Positions 46,191 to 58,572 of a stretch of 64,000 nt of DNA are shown in pieces. The notes under the pieces were generated by a model. It was not told where the DNA came from. It made no database searches and worked only from the letters and a program-made list of their open reading frames with translations. The stretch lies in NCBI RefSeq assembly GCF_025526975.1, contig NW_026515695.1:1-64000 (forward strand), in the 5' to 3' direction. Origin of the DNA: Fimicolochytrium jonesii (Eukaryota). The position numbers and the translations under genes were made by a program. Positions within the stretch are counted from its first letter, which is position 1, and each line of letters starts with the position of its first letter.

Positions 46191-47667
46191 TCACGCACCA
46201 AGCCCACCCTTCCGACCACTCCGAATCCGCTGTGAAATGTTCCGAGAATTCTCGAACTGCGCTTCCATCTCCTTTGCGATCTTGCTGGCTACTTTGTCAT
46301 CGATTGCTGAAGCTGGTACGGGTGAAGCCGCTGGGGTGGGAGTAGCCGCGGCACCATCCTTCTTGGCTCCGAGGAGGCGGAGGAATTTCTGAGATGGGAT
46401 TTCGGTGAGACGAGCGAGACCGGTGAGACGGATGGGAGAGAGGTCAGCTTACGTTTTTACGCGCGGCATCACCGTCGAACGATGCCTTAGTCCAGTCATT
46501 CCATGCGGCTTTTGGTGCTGCCCCTTGTTCTTTGGTCTCAGCGGGCTGAGTTTTCGCAGGCACTGGCTTGGCTGATGATTGATAAACAAAATGTCCCCAC
46601 ATACATCTGGCGAAAACGCCATCTCTGCATCCCGGAAGCATACCTTCTGTTGCAATCTTTTTCGCAGGCCTCCCCTTCACTTCCGCCACCGCATCCGCGA
46701 CCGGTGCGCTTTCGTTAGTCTCGGCAGTAGCCTCCGCACGTGTCCGTTTCTTCTTCTGCCTCTTCGTCTCCTTCACTTTCTCCCCCACCGGTTGTGGTGT
46801 CTCCGCCTGTTCCTCAGCTCCCTTCGCTTCCGCCTTGTCCTCGATCACCGGCTCGGTTTTGCCTTCACCACCCTCCGTTCCTGCCACCTTATCCTTCTTG
46901 TTCCTACTCCTCCTGTTCTTCTTTTCCTTCAGCGACCGCTCAGCGGGCGCAAACTTCTTCACAATGTCCATCGCATCCGCGTCTACTTTCGCCTTCTTCG
47001 ATTTCGGTTTACGCGCCTTCTTGGCCGGACTGGACTCCTCGGTTTGCGCAGGTGCAGTTCCTTCGGGTGCAGCAACCTTATCCTCCCGTTTGCGCTTCAA
47101 TTCTTTTGCCGCTGCGGCGTCGGTCACAGTTGCTGCATTACTGTCCTCACCTGCCGGCTTTCCGTCACCGGCGACTTGGCTGCTCGCCTTTCCCTTCTTC
47201 TTCCTCCTCGTCTTCTTCTTTTCCCCATCGGCAGTACCAGGCACTGCCGCGGCAACTCCGGCATCCTTTGCCGCTTGCGACACGTCCGCCTTCTTGTCCG
47301 CCTTCTTGGCCTTCGTCACTGTCTGTGCAGGCTTCTCAGCTTCCCCGGTCGTCGGTGCAGCCGCATTTCCCTCGCTCTCGTTTGACGCGGCTGTTGAGGA
47401 GTTCTTCGCCTTTTTCCTGAACTTTTTCACTGACATGGTATCCGCGGCGGCGGAGGCTTCGACGGCGGGACCCGGAACCGCTTCGGTGGCCCCAGCGGCA
47501 ACATTCGTTGTAGCGTCGTTGGAGGTGTCTTTGGCTCCCTTTGTCTTTTTCGTCCTCTTTGCCTTATCGGCGGTGACGGAGGCGGCGTGCGTAGATTCCA
47601 CGTTCGGCGCGGCTGCCTCCGCGGCAGCGACGGCGGGTTTTGCGGTGCTCTTGGTCTTTTTAGCCAT
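46191..47667 (-). CDS. Lys/Ala-rich nucleolar-type protein with C-terminal SMAP-like domain
   Basis: W.KASFDGD.ARKN|KFLRLLGAKK…EAQFE…GGLG. Confidence 0.75.
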
Positions 47668-47998
47668 TGTCGTCGGTGTGTGGTTAACGATCTTGTGAAG
47701 TCAAAACCGACGGTGAACTGAGGAAAACGCTGCCAGAGACCGCAATCATTGCCGGAAACGCGGAGCGTGACAAGCCACACTTGCGTAAGCAATTCCGCTG
47801 GTTTCGACAGGCGGGAGGATTCAAAACTCAGCCCTTCGACAGACTTATCGTACAGTACAAGCAAACGGTCGAAGGGAACCGATTTTAAAAGAGATCAGAG
47901 GCAAAAGGGTCACGGAATTTAGGGGCCAACACGACGCAAAAACAGACTCTAAAACTTGTCCTATCTATGCAGTACTGTCTCAACGAACTCCCCACACA

Positions 47999-49224
47999 TC
48001 AGGCATCCCGTATCGCCCCCGCGGCCGCTTTGACAAAAAAAAGCCCCTCCTCCGACGCATCGGCTAAACTACTCAAAAATGAATTATCCTCCACATCCAC
48101 TAACAGATCCTCATCCGCAAGGACAGGGCTCTTGGCGTCCGGCCTGCCGATGAAAGCATATCCATCCCATCGCCGGCGTTGCGTCTGGCGTCCGCCGAGG
48201 AACCACCACTGGGTGAAGATGATGGCGTCGAAGATCAGGGTTCCGCCGCTGCCGATGAGATAGGGTGCGGCGCCTTTCAGGAAGTCGGGGTCCCTCCTCG
48301 TGCAGAGGATGCTGAGTACGTAGGTGAGGTTTCCGAACGCGGCGCATCCAAACATGGACATCGCCAGACCCTCGGTTGAGCGGCGACGGAAGTTCCGGAT
48401 GATTTGTGGGATGCGGGAGGAGAGGTACAGGACCATGCAGAGATAAGCTGTGATGACCCCGATGATGTGGGCGAGACTGGGGCTAGGGGCGGGGGTCTCG
48501 GTCATGACACCAAACTCGGGAGGCGGAGATATGACGGCGGACGGCGTCCCGGTTGATTGGGAATGTTGAACCGCGCCGGTTAGAAGATTGGAGAACCCAA
48601 AAAGCATCACTCCGAAAAACGCCGTAGACGACTGCGTACGGCGAAGCGAGAGGAGAGCTGATGTTTCCGTTGGGTCAATCATACTCGTGTTCTCGATTAG
48701 CAGACTGGCGTGAGATGCGGATGTGGGGAGGGGTATAAGCATCGAGCGGCTGTTGCGGCGGATCGGCGCTGGGCGGACGCGGGTATAGTAGATGTACTGA
48801 GCCAGCAGTGTTACATCGGCAAAAACAAAGTATGTTGCAAGGCCAGTCTAGAAGGATGGAGTGTGTGAGCACTGGGAAATGTACAGACAAAGTTACCAAC
48901 GCCAACACGGTCACCTACCTGGAATGGCAGCTGATTCGTCAGAATGCAGCCAGCGAGGTTGCAAACGTCCCCCAACAGCCAATTCGCAAGAAACGCCCCG
49001 CTGAGCCCATCAGCGTTTTTCCGTTTGTAGTTCCTCCACAACTGCGGCATCTGGGCACATAGCCAAAAGGTCATCGACGCGTAGGCAAACACCTGGGCGA
49101 ACACTTCACTGTGGGTATAGGCGCAACGCTGCAGGAACATCTGCAGCAATGGATGGGCGTGAAGGTCGGACGACGTGGGTTGCGCCGAACAGGCGGGGTA
49201 TATTTCGGAGGTGTGGGAGAGCAT
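47999..49224 (-). CDS. PQ-loop vacuolar amino-acid transporter (Ypq/PQLC2-like)
   Basis: CAQMPQLWRNYKRKNADGLS…WLLGD.CNL.GC.LT.QLPFQ; second repeat SRIPQIIRNFRRRSTEGL; PYLIGSGGTL.FD. Confidence 0.92.
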
Positions 49225-50627
49225 AGCGTCCAGGGAATAACTTGTGGATGCGTGATCGTCAACTTGGAGGTGGAAAAGTCTATAGGTCTATATATCGGCT
49301 CTTTCGTTGAGCGGTCCGCGATGCACGGAGGTTCGGGGAGAGCCCCTTGTGGATGTTCGTACACTCGTTCAGTGAGAAGCAAACGAGACCATAACAGATC
49401 GCAGAAGTGTTTCGTTGACTGTTCTGCCTGGAAATACGTTCTCCATTAATGAGCCGCTCATCACATCAACTGATATGAAGTGGTGAGCTGAACTGAGCGC
49501 CAGAAACCCACCTTCAAAATGATACTGTATGCCTTGGAATATGAGTTGCCGAACAACCTATCGGCGTGCGCTTCAATCGGGCTGCTATGTAGAGTTCAAA
49601 GTGTGGAAACAAAGCGTAAGCACGGCGCTTCTAGAAGGTGTGCACTACGACTGCGCGCTTTTGACTACTGGAAACGACAGCATTCGGGGTTCAGCACATG
49701 CATTTCGAACACAAGACAGTGCGATAACACCATTGCGGAAAGGTCCATTGCGACGCCTCCAGCAGCTCCTGCAAGGCCGACGAGAAAAAACTCACTTGCT
49801 GGTGCCTTGGGAATGGCACAGGTGGTGACGCTCTGGTACGCGGTTTTGACGGCTAAAGATGCTGCTGGGCGAATAATGCAATGGCAAGCCAGGTGATAGT
49901 AGCGAATGGGTGGGATGTTGGGAATGGCCTGGAATGCGAGTGGACGTTTCTCTTTATTTGAAGGCAGCGAGAGGAAGGCCGTCCGCTTTTTCCCAGCAGG
50001 ACCGCAGTCAAGTCGGCGCACATAAGGCCCCGAGGGGGGGTCTTGGTGGGGTGCCGCGCGTGAAAGCACGATAAGCTTGTCTTTCTGATGTCTTACCACG
50101 CCCGATAATTGATACGGGGGGATCTGCCGTCAATTCAGATCTCGGTACCGCCCTCATCTTTCTTATCCAAAGTCCAAACACTCGAAATCAAAATCTTCTG
50201 ATTTAAAATTTGTTAAGCGGCCGTTTAATCGGAACACCCCTTGTCACGCACTCAAAATTGCTGATCATTCAGGCTCAGCATGACCTCACGCGCCGTGATA
50301 ACCAACCCCACTCCGACCCCACACCACTGCAGAACACCCATTCCACGATTCCACGACTTCCTACTACACAGGTTGCCCCAATGGAAGGGTGGTCGGGCAT
50401 GTGGAGAAGTGGTGACCACGAGTATCGCCTGAAACTCTTCCTGTCTGAGGTAATGACAATCATGACAACCATGGAGCTGTGCCTACTCGTCGTCGGACTG
50501 ATCTGACGACGGGGAGGCAAAGCTGCCCGACAGGGACTGTACTTTCACTCGGGACCCTCTTCGTCGCTTCTCATAGGCAGATGCTTGGTGATGATTTTGA
50601 AAGTGTACGGCACCGGCCCCGCTTCTC

Positions 50628-51630
50628 TCAGTCCGGTTTCCGACGTTTCGTAAAGCGTGGTTTTCGAGTTGGAGTCCCGTGCAGTTTCGAAAACGAACTC
50701 AGTATTCTCCATAGATCTTGTTCCTGCCACCTCATCTTGGACGTGTGCGACCGTCCAACCCTTCCATCGTCTTCGAAGACCAGGAATTCCCGTTCCCATC
50801 CAATCGTTGCAAACCGGTAAACCCGAGGGTCCTCCTTCTTCGTCCGTTTCCGGGCCATATGCACCATCAGCATGTGAGCAAGTGTGTGTGAGATAACCTT
50901 GTCGCCAATCTTCGTTCCTCTGGTCTTCGCTTGAGAGACGAGCGAGACATTCGCCAGTGATTCCGAACTTTGGTTCCCGTAGCCCAGAAAGTAATCGTTT
51001 GCACCCGACAGAGTGATACCGGTTTCCGGTGAAGTATATGTTGCCGAGAAAGCGCCGAGAAAGCGCAACGGAACTTTAGACTCATCGGAGGCGATGTGCC
51101 GCACTATTCTGAGAAAGACGCAGTCCATGTACGTCCGCGTCATGGAATCGGACCGCATGCCAAAGTGTATCGGAAGTTCCTTCCATTGAGTCCCTGAGGG
51201 AGAAGAGAGAATTAAGTTAGCTTGAGGTCAGGATAGACGATGCGATAATGTAAACCACAACGTACTGAACGACTAAGTGAGCCTCACGAGTGGTAAGCCG
51301 TCTGGCATAGTGAAAGACTCCAAAGGACCCTGCCCAGGCATATCGAACGGGCCCTCTACCTCCAAGACAGGCCATGGGTCAAAGTCCCTACCGAAAACGG
51401 ATATGGGCTCTTTCCGCGTCACGGAGGTTGCATGCACCGTCTTTGGGCGTATAAGCTGGTCGAGAAACCGTCCGAAAATACTAGTATGTTTATGCTGACT
51501 GAAGCGAGTTTACTTACGACACCCAAGAAGTTCTTGATCGTCGGGTCGTCAGCTGCTAAATCGAGCAACTTTCGTTATATACCGACGGAGAGGGCTTCGT
51601 ATCGGTCTCTCACTAGCTGCTCATACTCGG
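50628..51630 (-). pseudogene. Degenerate PD-(D/E)xK restriction-endonuclease-like (Crinkler-REase-type) gene
   Basis: LSGANDYFLGY…LVSQAK…TLAHMLMVHMARK…VYRFATIG..REFL resembles the fungal pattern G..DY…VEAK…Q.LAYM..VH..RK…VYG.ATDG..F.F, with several conserved residues altered. The upstream coding frame contains a stop. Confidence 0.55.
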
Positions 51631-51696
51631 ACATTGTGCATAATCTGGTTCAATGGAGACGCGGACACTCAATTCCATTAAGGGGTGGGTTTACCA

Positions 51697-51913
51697 CCAG
51701 GCTGGCAGGCCAGGCTGGCGCCGCTGCACGGCGCGTCTCTTGGGACGCGGACACTCATCAATTCCATCGCCTCTGGCCAGGCTGGCTGGCCAGGCTGACC
51801 CGCTGCACGGCGCGGACTTGTACAGCCTTCACTGTCGGGCTTACAGCCTTCACCCTCGGCCTTGTGTATATGTACAGTACAGCCTTCAGCGCGCGGGGCA
51901 GGGTTAGGGTTAG
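51697..51913. repeat. Cluster of short direct repeats plus TTAGGG tract
   Basis: CCAGGCTGGC.GGCCAGGCTG…CCGCTGCACGGCGCG twice (~51697, ~51777); TACAGCCTTCA three times (~51821-51888); AGGGTTAGGGTTAG at 51900-51913. Confidence 0.85.
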
Positions 51914-51991
51914 TGGGCCGGGACGGCTTCACAGGCGAGAAGACAAATTCCAGACCTGCTTTCACACCGAGAGCTCCTTCTCACAATAGCG

Positions 51992-52074
51992 CACAATTGC
52001 GCACACTTCCACCCTCGCACATCAACGCAAACCCCCAAACAATCTCTGAAAGCCTTCACCACAGCGCAGGTAAG
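51992..52074 (+). repeat. Second copy of the Fanzor-B promoter/5' exon block
   Basis: CACAATTGCGCACACTTCCACCCT.GCACATCAA…AAACCCCCAA…AAAGCCTTCA…CGCAGGTAAG aligns with 27244-27326. Confidence 0.85.
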
Positions 52075-52454
52075 TAGAGACACGCATTTACGCACATATT
52101 GATGCATAAACGTTCCCATATGCATACGTATGCATGAGCAAACAAAACATTGTAAAGACCCACAAGCGCTATGTACATGTTCATGTTCATATACATCTAA
52201 AAAGGCATCCGGTCAATAACGTGGAATGCCTTATCTTGTCGACGTTGAGTTGTTTGACATCGACGCCTCCGAGCCACTTGACGTAGATTCCATGGACCGC
52301 CAACCTTGTGGTAGTACCGGGGATAGAAGTTTCACGACGGGGTATATACGATTCCCGCACCAATTGCCTAGATAAACCACACCAGTGAATAAAAGCTGAG
52401 AACGGAGTCGTCTGTCTTACTACATACCTGTGTGTAGATGAGGCCTACTCCTCA

Positions 52455-53201
52455 TCAACATCGTCTCCTTGACCAAGACTTGACCTTAATCCTCCCAGCT
52501 TCCATGTTGGTGAGTCGGTTGCGGACGACCGAGAGGAGTTCTTCAGTCACTTTGGCGAGACTATGCTGGCGTATCTGGGGCTCATAGTCCATGAAGCTCG
52601 AGATGGCGTCCTCTACTGCCGCAAACTGTGGCCTCGTTCGATGAGGATCGGTGAGGTCGGTCAACAGCTGCCTGGCCCCGGTGTTTCCAGCGCCATACTT
52701 GGTCACGTCGGCCGGTGTGAGACTTGAATACCCAGGTATAAAGCCATTGAGGAACTCTTTGACTAACTGATTGAGTACCTTCGGGACTCTGCTGGCGGGT
52801 TTGGTTGCATTTGGTCGTGCCGCTGAAGTGGCTGAAGTGCTGGCTGTCATGTTGGTGAGGTCCACCGGAGTCCTGCCCAATTGCGAACGTAGTTCATCCT
52901 GAATGATATCCCTCACGAGCGGACCAATGGTATCACCAAGCGATGATAGAAAGTCGTCAAACATGGCTCTAAAGTTGTCCTGTTGTTCCTCCAGGAGCTG
53001 TTTCAAGTCGGCATGGGTAAGCTTCTGGCCGGCCGTGGAAGGAGGAGTAGATTGACCGTAGAGTCGGGTACGTTGCGGAACTGGGCTACCCGTATCGTAA
53101 TTGCCCGAACCCAAACGGGGTCTAGGCTCCATCGGGACTGAGCTTGAACTGTGATGTGGACTACCTCCCACACGGGTTGTATAACTGATGTTCGTATACA
53201 A
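52455..53201 (-). CDS. Orphan ORF in the accessory island (248 aa)
   Basis: Uninterrupted ORF with a coiled-coil-like segment; no family recognised. Confidence 0.45.
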   Translation of the reverse strand: MYTNISYTTRVGGSPHHSSSSVPMEPRPRLGSGNYDTGSPVPQRTRLYGQSTPPSTAGQKLTHADLKQLLEEQQDNFRAMFDDFLSSLGDTIGPLVRDIIQDELRSQLGRTPVDLTNMTASTSATSAARPNATKPASRVPKVLNQLVKEFLNGFIPGYSSLTPADVTKYGAGNTGARQLLTDLTDPHRTRPQFAAVEDAISSFMDYEPQIRQHSLAKVTEELLSVVRNRLTNMEAGRIKVKSWSRRRC

Positions 53202-56200
53202 TAACTACTTGCTGTAAGGTATTGTAGACAGACTGGGTGTTTGCCGGCGCTGCTATTCGGTATGTAGTGAAAGAACTACTTGTTGTGAATAGCAGCGCCG
53301 GCGAACACCCAGTCCGTCACCCAGACACCCAGTCAATATTGTAATGGCTGCAGCTACACCGTGCAAAAAAAGTATTGCTCCGATGCATGTCGGCCTCCTT
53401 TTCGAGAAACGAACCCGATCAAGCAAAGGCCAAACTACTACCCAGTTGCGACTGAGTATGATAAAGCCGTTCATGGGTTGGGGCTCAGCTTGGTATGTGA
53501 ATGGCACCTGCAACTCGTGTGTACTTGAGAAAGCGAAGGTCGTAAAGGAGGTGGACAGATGTGTGAAGTAGGTTTTGATCCCCTTTCTCGCCCATCATCG
53601 CCGGTCATTCATGGATTTCTATTCCCCTTCGTAGGTGCCGCTAGTACTGGGCGGAGAATCCGCACAGAGGGCTCGCGGTGGATCCATATCAAGAACTGGC
53701 TACTCTTCTTGACCGTGAGATGTCACTGAACGTGACAAGGAGCTCCATCTCCCTCGGCCGATTCAGCCATTCAATATGGCCGATTCATTCCCAATGTGTT
53801 GATGATGATCCGACCTGAGAATGTTGGGTATGATGGCTGGCTTTACATTCCCAGGGACCGAACCCGTTCTCTGCTGACAATGACACGGTAAGGAAGCATT
53901 GAGATTCGACATTTATGCCCGGTCACATTCCGGCTCCCCGGCGCATGACGTTGGACGCTTCCCCGCATCTGCAGAACTACCGAATTGTCCCGGCGCAGCC
54001 ACCCGGGCAAGGATGCATTCATTTCGGTCTGGTAGACCCAGTTTCAGCTTTCGAACTGGTTGGGGCGGGGCAGCCGAATGTTCCGCCGCCTTCTGACATA
54101 TGTGCCACTGTACCTGGTAACCCTAGCTTGGTGAGGGCCTCCTTCTCCGGCGCATTTGCTTCTTTCATGGCTTTGGGCTCACCATGTCCTATTCCCAAGT
54201 GTGACGACTTACCCCCTCCGGATCCACCTGCTGGGGGCCCCGATCCGCTTTTCCAGGCCACACTGAACCCCCTCCACCAGGAAACTCCTCTGTTCCCGGT
54301 GGCGACGGCACGCCTTGGCTCCCTGGTTCTTCTGATCCAACTGTTTCCCTTCCACCAGGGAACCCGCCTCTCAGGGGTGGCTGCAGTACGCCTACTTCTC
54401 TTCCCGGGGCAGTCTCCGTCCCATCGGCAGCTAATCCTTCGAACCTGCCCGATCTCGCTGCAATCGCAGCTGGCCTGGATCCCAGCTCAAGTGTCCTCGC
54501 AAACTGGCGTCGCAAACGGGTCTCATGCATCGACACCTCCGCCCCAGGTTCTCCGGGAAACGGAACGACCGCATGCGCATGCTCTGTGGTTTTCGCAAAT
54601 AACAGCTCTACACTCGCCGATACCCAACGTCAAAACAATACACTCGAGTTCGGGGGAAAGACATTACAGTGCACGCCTTCGGCTGCTGGTGCAATACCTG
54701 AGAGCCCGTCAAACACAACAAAACCTCAGTACACGGCTCCCTCGGGATCTTTTAATGGGACATGTCCGAATGGTAGGCTGACGCTTCAATCTTAACGTTT
54801 CTGAGCGCATTGGCTTCTTCTTTTGAGCTCCTATTTCTAGTGTTTCGGAGACGGAGTGCGGCTTCCCATCTGAGATCGGTCTTTGCACTTATCAGTATCG
54901 CGTGGATCACCACGATTACGATTTCGTAATCTGCCAACTGATTGGGAAGCTGGTCATCTTTGTCAACGTTCATAAGAGTAGACCAGACGTATGGGGTATG
55001 GGATCCCAGACGGTTGGGGAGTATAGTCCTGGACATCTCAGTTAGTGTATATAGAATGGATCTTGGATAAACATGACGGAAGGATACAAGCCAATTCAAT
55101 AGATTTAAAGAACGTGCAGCGACTATAGTACTGTATGTACGTGCAGCTCATAAGGTGGCTTCCAGAGAATGCGCTAAAATCTCAATTGCGCGTGGTCCGT
55201 TTTGAGGATCGCAGCTCACCGTCACCAACACCGAAACACAACCATTCTCAACCCCTGGAAGTAGCCGGCTACGCATCCGAATCGCTCACAGTGTCGGCAT
55301 TCGATCTGTGAAATGGTTCTTACAAGAATATGGGACCACAATGGGGAAATCATCACATATCTTCGACTATTACATGTGTGATGGATTCTGTCGGGATCGG
55401 AGGAAACTGACGGGGTCCGCGCGCTTTGCGTCACACAACATTTTCCCAGCGAGCATCTGGACTTCAACGTTTTCGCCTTGCACATGGAACCCACATGGAA
55501 CGATTCGCAAAAAGCAAAGGCCAGCAACAGAATGCGTCCAGCGAACAACCACTGAATTTGTCTGTCCCAGTCACTCCCAACTTCCCTTTGGCGCACGACT
55601 GACGGCCACCCCTGTCGCCTCACCATGGTCAGCCAGGGCTCCAATCCATATGCCAAAGCGCTGGAGCCAGCCATTTCCAGACGGGTGTCTCGCCTAGCGT
55701 GGCTTCCATTCGTGACCATCCACATCCTCACGATCATATGGTCCCTGTCTCTTGGGGACTTCCTTGGCTTTGGTAAATACGATACCTCTGTCCTTCTTTG
55801 CGGGTTCATTTGGAAATCCTCACTCGATTTGCGCTGTAATTCAGGTTTCATCACCAAGATCTTCAACCCGACGACATGGCTCGCTAGCTTTTTGTCGTTT
55901 TTACCGGTTGCAGCAATACTTGTGGCACGGGCTAGCCGACTTCAAGGTTCGTACGGTGCGCCGGACAAAGAGAAATGGAAAGCCCGGAATATGGCAAAGC
56001 ATCTGTGTTGTTCATGGATCTCACCCAGCCTTAAGTTCAGCGTCGCGTCGCGAGCAGTCGGTTGTTGGAAGCGGTTTCTTTCCTGGACCGCCATGTCATA
56101 GTCTCCGTCGGTCTACACGCATTGTCGGCGCTTTCGCTCGGTATATCATACGCATTGCTAAACGACCGACAGCTGGAGACTTCCCTACTGCTGTATCCGC

Positions 56201-57209
56201 AAGGGTATGGTACTCCATCGCATGAGCTCGTGCCATGATCGGGTGAAGACTGATGCCCGATGTCCTTGTGTAGACACCTCCTGCCGCCACAGCTCAACGA
56301 CAACAATGTGTTTCTCGTGGGGTTCTGCATATTTGCCGGCAGCGCATACGCATTAGTTCGACGGTGGACCGAGCGGGATCAACTGTCGTTTCCGAGTCTT
56401 CAAACAGGGTTGCAGAGGCGTCTGAAGATGGAGGTTGCGACCGGCTTTCAGCTTGCCATTCTGTCTAGCGCGAGGATTGCTTTGGAATACGCAGTTCTGT
56501 ACTGGTTGGGAGGATCCACAGCGTATAACTCGGTGTCCGCGGTAGTGCAAGTCTTTACTCCCGACGGGTAAGCCGCTTGTGGAGAGGCCATTCGCCGTCT
56601 GATGAAGAGCTAAGTCCACGTGATCTTCTAGATTGGCGAGATACGACAGCTATCGGCCCAAAGCATTCAACCCCCGGCGACTTGTGCATACGTTTCTCTC
56701 GGCATTTTTGATGACTTCTTGTTGGGAGCTGAGTCATCGCTGGTTTGAGATTGCTTTCACGGCGGTGAGTTGGGTTGAATCGAGTCTTTCCGCAAAATAG
56801 TCGATGTGCTCATTGCTTCGTCCCAGCCCATCGAAGACGATGCGGACGTTCCCATTGGTACACTTGTGACTGGCCTGGCACTTCCAAATGATGTCTATCA
56901 GAAGGTTGGTCCTCTGCAAATGCTTCTGGGGTTGCTGATGTGTCGAGAGGACCAACCAAATCCCTAGTGTCTGGCATATCGCCACTTGAAGCGCATCACC
57001 AGCATAGATAGAATACGGCGAGCGCAGATTTACACGGAAGGCGTCGACTCGGAGCGATCAGCATGGGATTGCGTGTCCGCGGAGTGCTTGGCGACGATCG
57101 ATCGGTTGAGTCAGGCGATAGAAAACGAGCAGCGAAAGGCCACCGGTATGCTTCACCGATTTTCATCCATGTCGTTGTCAATACTGACGTAGTACATTCC
57201 TCTGTAGCG

Positions 57210-58203
57210 ATGAAAAGCAAAGCGCAAGCAGCCAAGACAGATTCGCAACACAAGGCAGCATCCGCGATTTTACTCAAACCGAAAGCACCCAAAACGGATC
57301 TCTTCGGCAAATTCACAGATACGGCAAAGAGGCTATTATACCCACCAGACAGCCCGTCCCGCGGGAAAAGCGGGGACGACCAGACAGAGCCCGAGATTCC
57401 CTCCGAAATCAAAACGACGGGCTGGACAACGGATCCTCAACGCGATGAGGTGCCCCTTTTGCTTCGGAGACGTGGGAACGGTGCGAATGCTGCGCCTGCT
57501 GCTCGACGCAGCGGTCCGATCGAGGCCGCCGGCAGCAAAGCGAAAGTGGTGGTAGAACATCCGAAGATGTATAAATCGCCGGGGCAGCAGACGCTGGAGC
57601 TGATGCGGACGGTGGTGGAGAGGTGGGCGGTCGGGAGGTGGTTGGTTGCTGAGACGGTGACGAGGCAGTCGAAAAATCTGTTCAAGGATGCGCAAATACA
57701 GATTTGGGCCATCCAAAGTACGTATAATGCGTCAATCTTCTCTTCCCTCCCGGCACAGGGATGCTCATTCTTTTGTCTCCACAACAGGCATATCTGCTCT
57801 CGTCACCTCTGCTGCAACCAATCCGGAAGAAGACAAGTTTGGACGTGTTTCTCAGGATTTGAGAAACATCATCCAAACCCTTCTGCGTTGCCAGTTTGCT
57901 CTTGAGGACAGATTACGACAACCGCCCATCACACTGGACACCGACCCCACATTAGCGAGAGAGGTGTTGGCTAACCAGGTCATCGTCAGGGAGGCGTATA
58001 TATTATTGCAAGGTACGTCTCGCTGCAACTACTTCCTAAGCTCCTTGAACCGCGCCTCATTGATGTCTGCCTTCCAAGTGGTCCAAAACTCCCTTTACCG
58101 AATCGTCAGGAGCTGGTACGAGCAACTGGGCACCAGCGGACATATCGTGCTCGAACCCGCGTATGCTGAGAAGTTCCAGCGGTACCTCGACTTTAGGGAG
58201 TAA
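57210..58203 (+). CDS. Hypothetical multi-exon protein
   Basis: Coding-like frames joined by GT-AG introns near 57718-57788 and 58013-58077. Confidence 0.5.
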
Positions 58204-58572
58204 ACGACGTAGGAGGAGGGTTGGGTACTGGTATATATTGTAGACCACTGAGCTGTTATATATATGATACATACAGGAGCTTCCAACAAGGCTGTACCCC
58301 ATCGTAAAGCAGAAATGCCATTCGAATTCCGTTTGGCAGGAAGTGACGTACGCGGGAATTCCGTCGAAAGATTCCTTCTGCACATCTGGATATATCCGCC
58401 AGTCGTCCCAATGTGCGCAGGACAACAATAACCAAAAATCATGGGGGGTGTGGAGCTGACGCATCAAAAGGAGTTCGAGGGACCCATTGATGCACTCCGG
58501 AATGAAGCTGTAAAGTGCGTTGTATGACGGAGGGTGTCGGCTGGAGACTTGGTAGTTGTCGGCTAAGGGTTC

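Noticed and set aside
47851..47861. TACAGTACAAG as another left TIR matching the copy B end
   Set aside because: Only 9 bp match, similarity stops immediately, and the site lies in a short spacer between two host genes.
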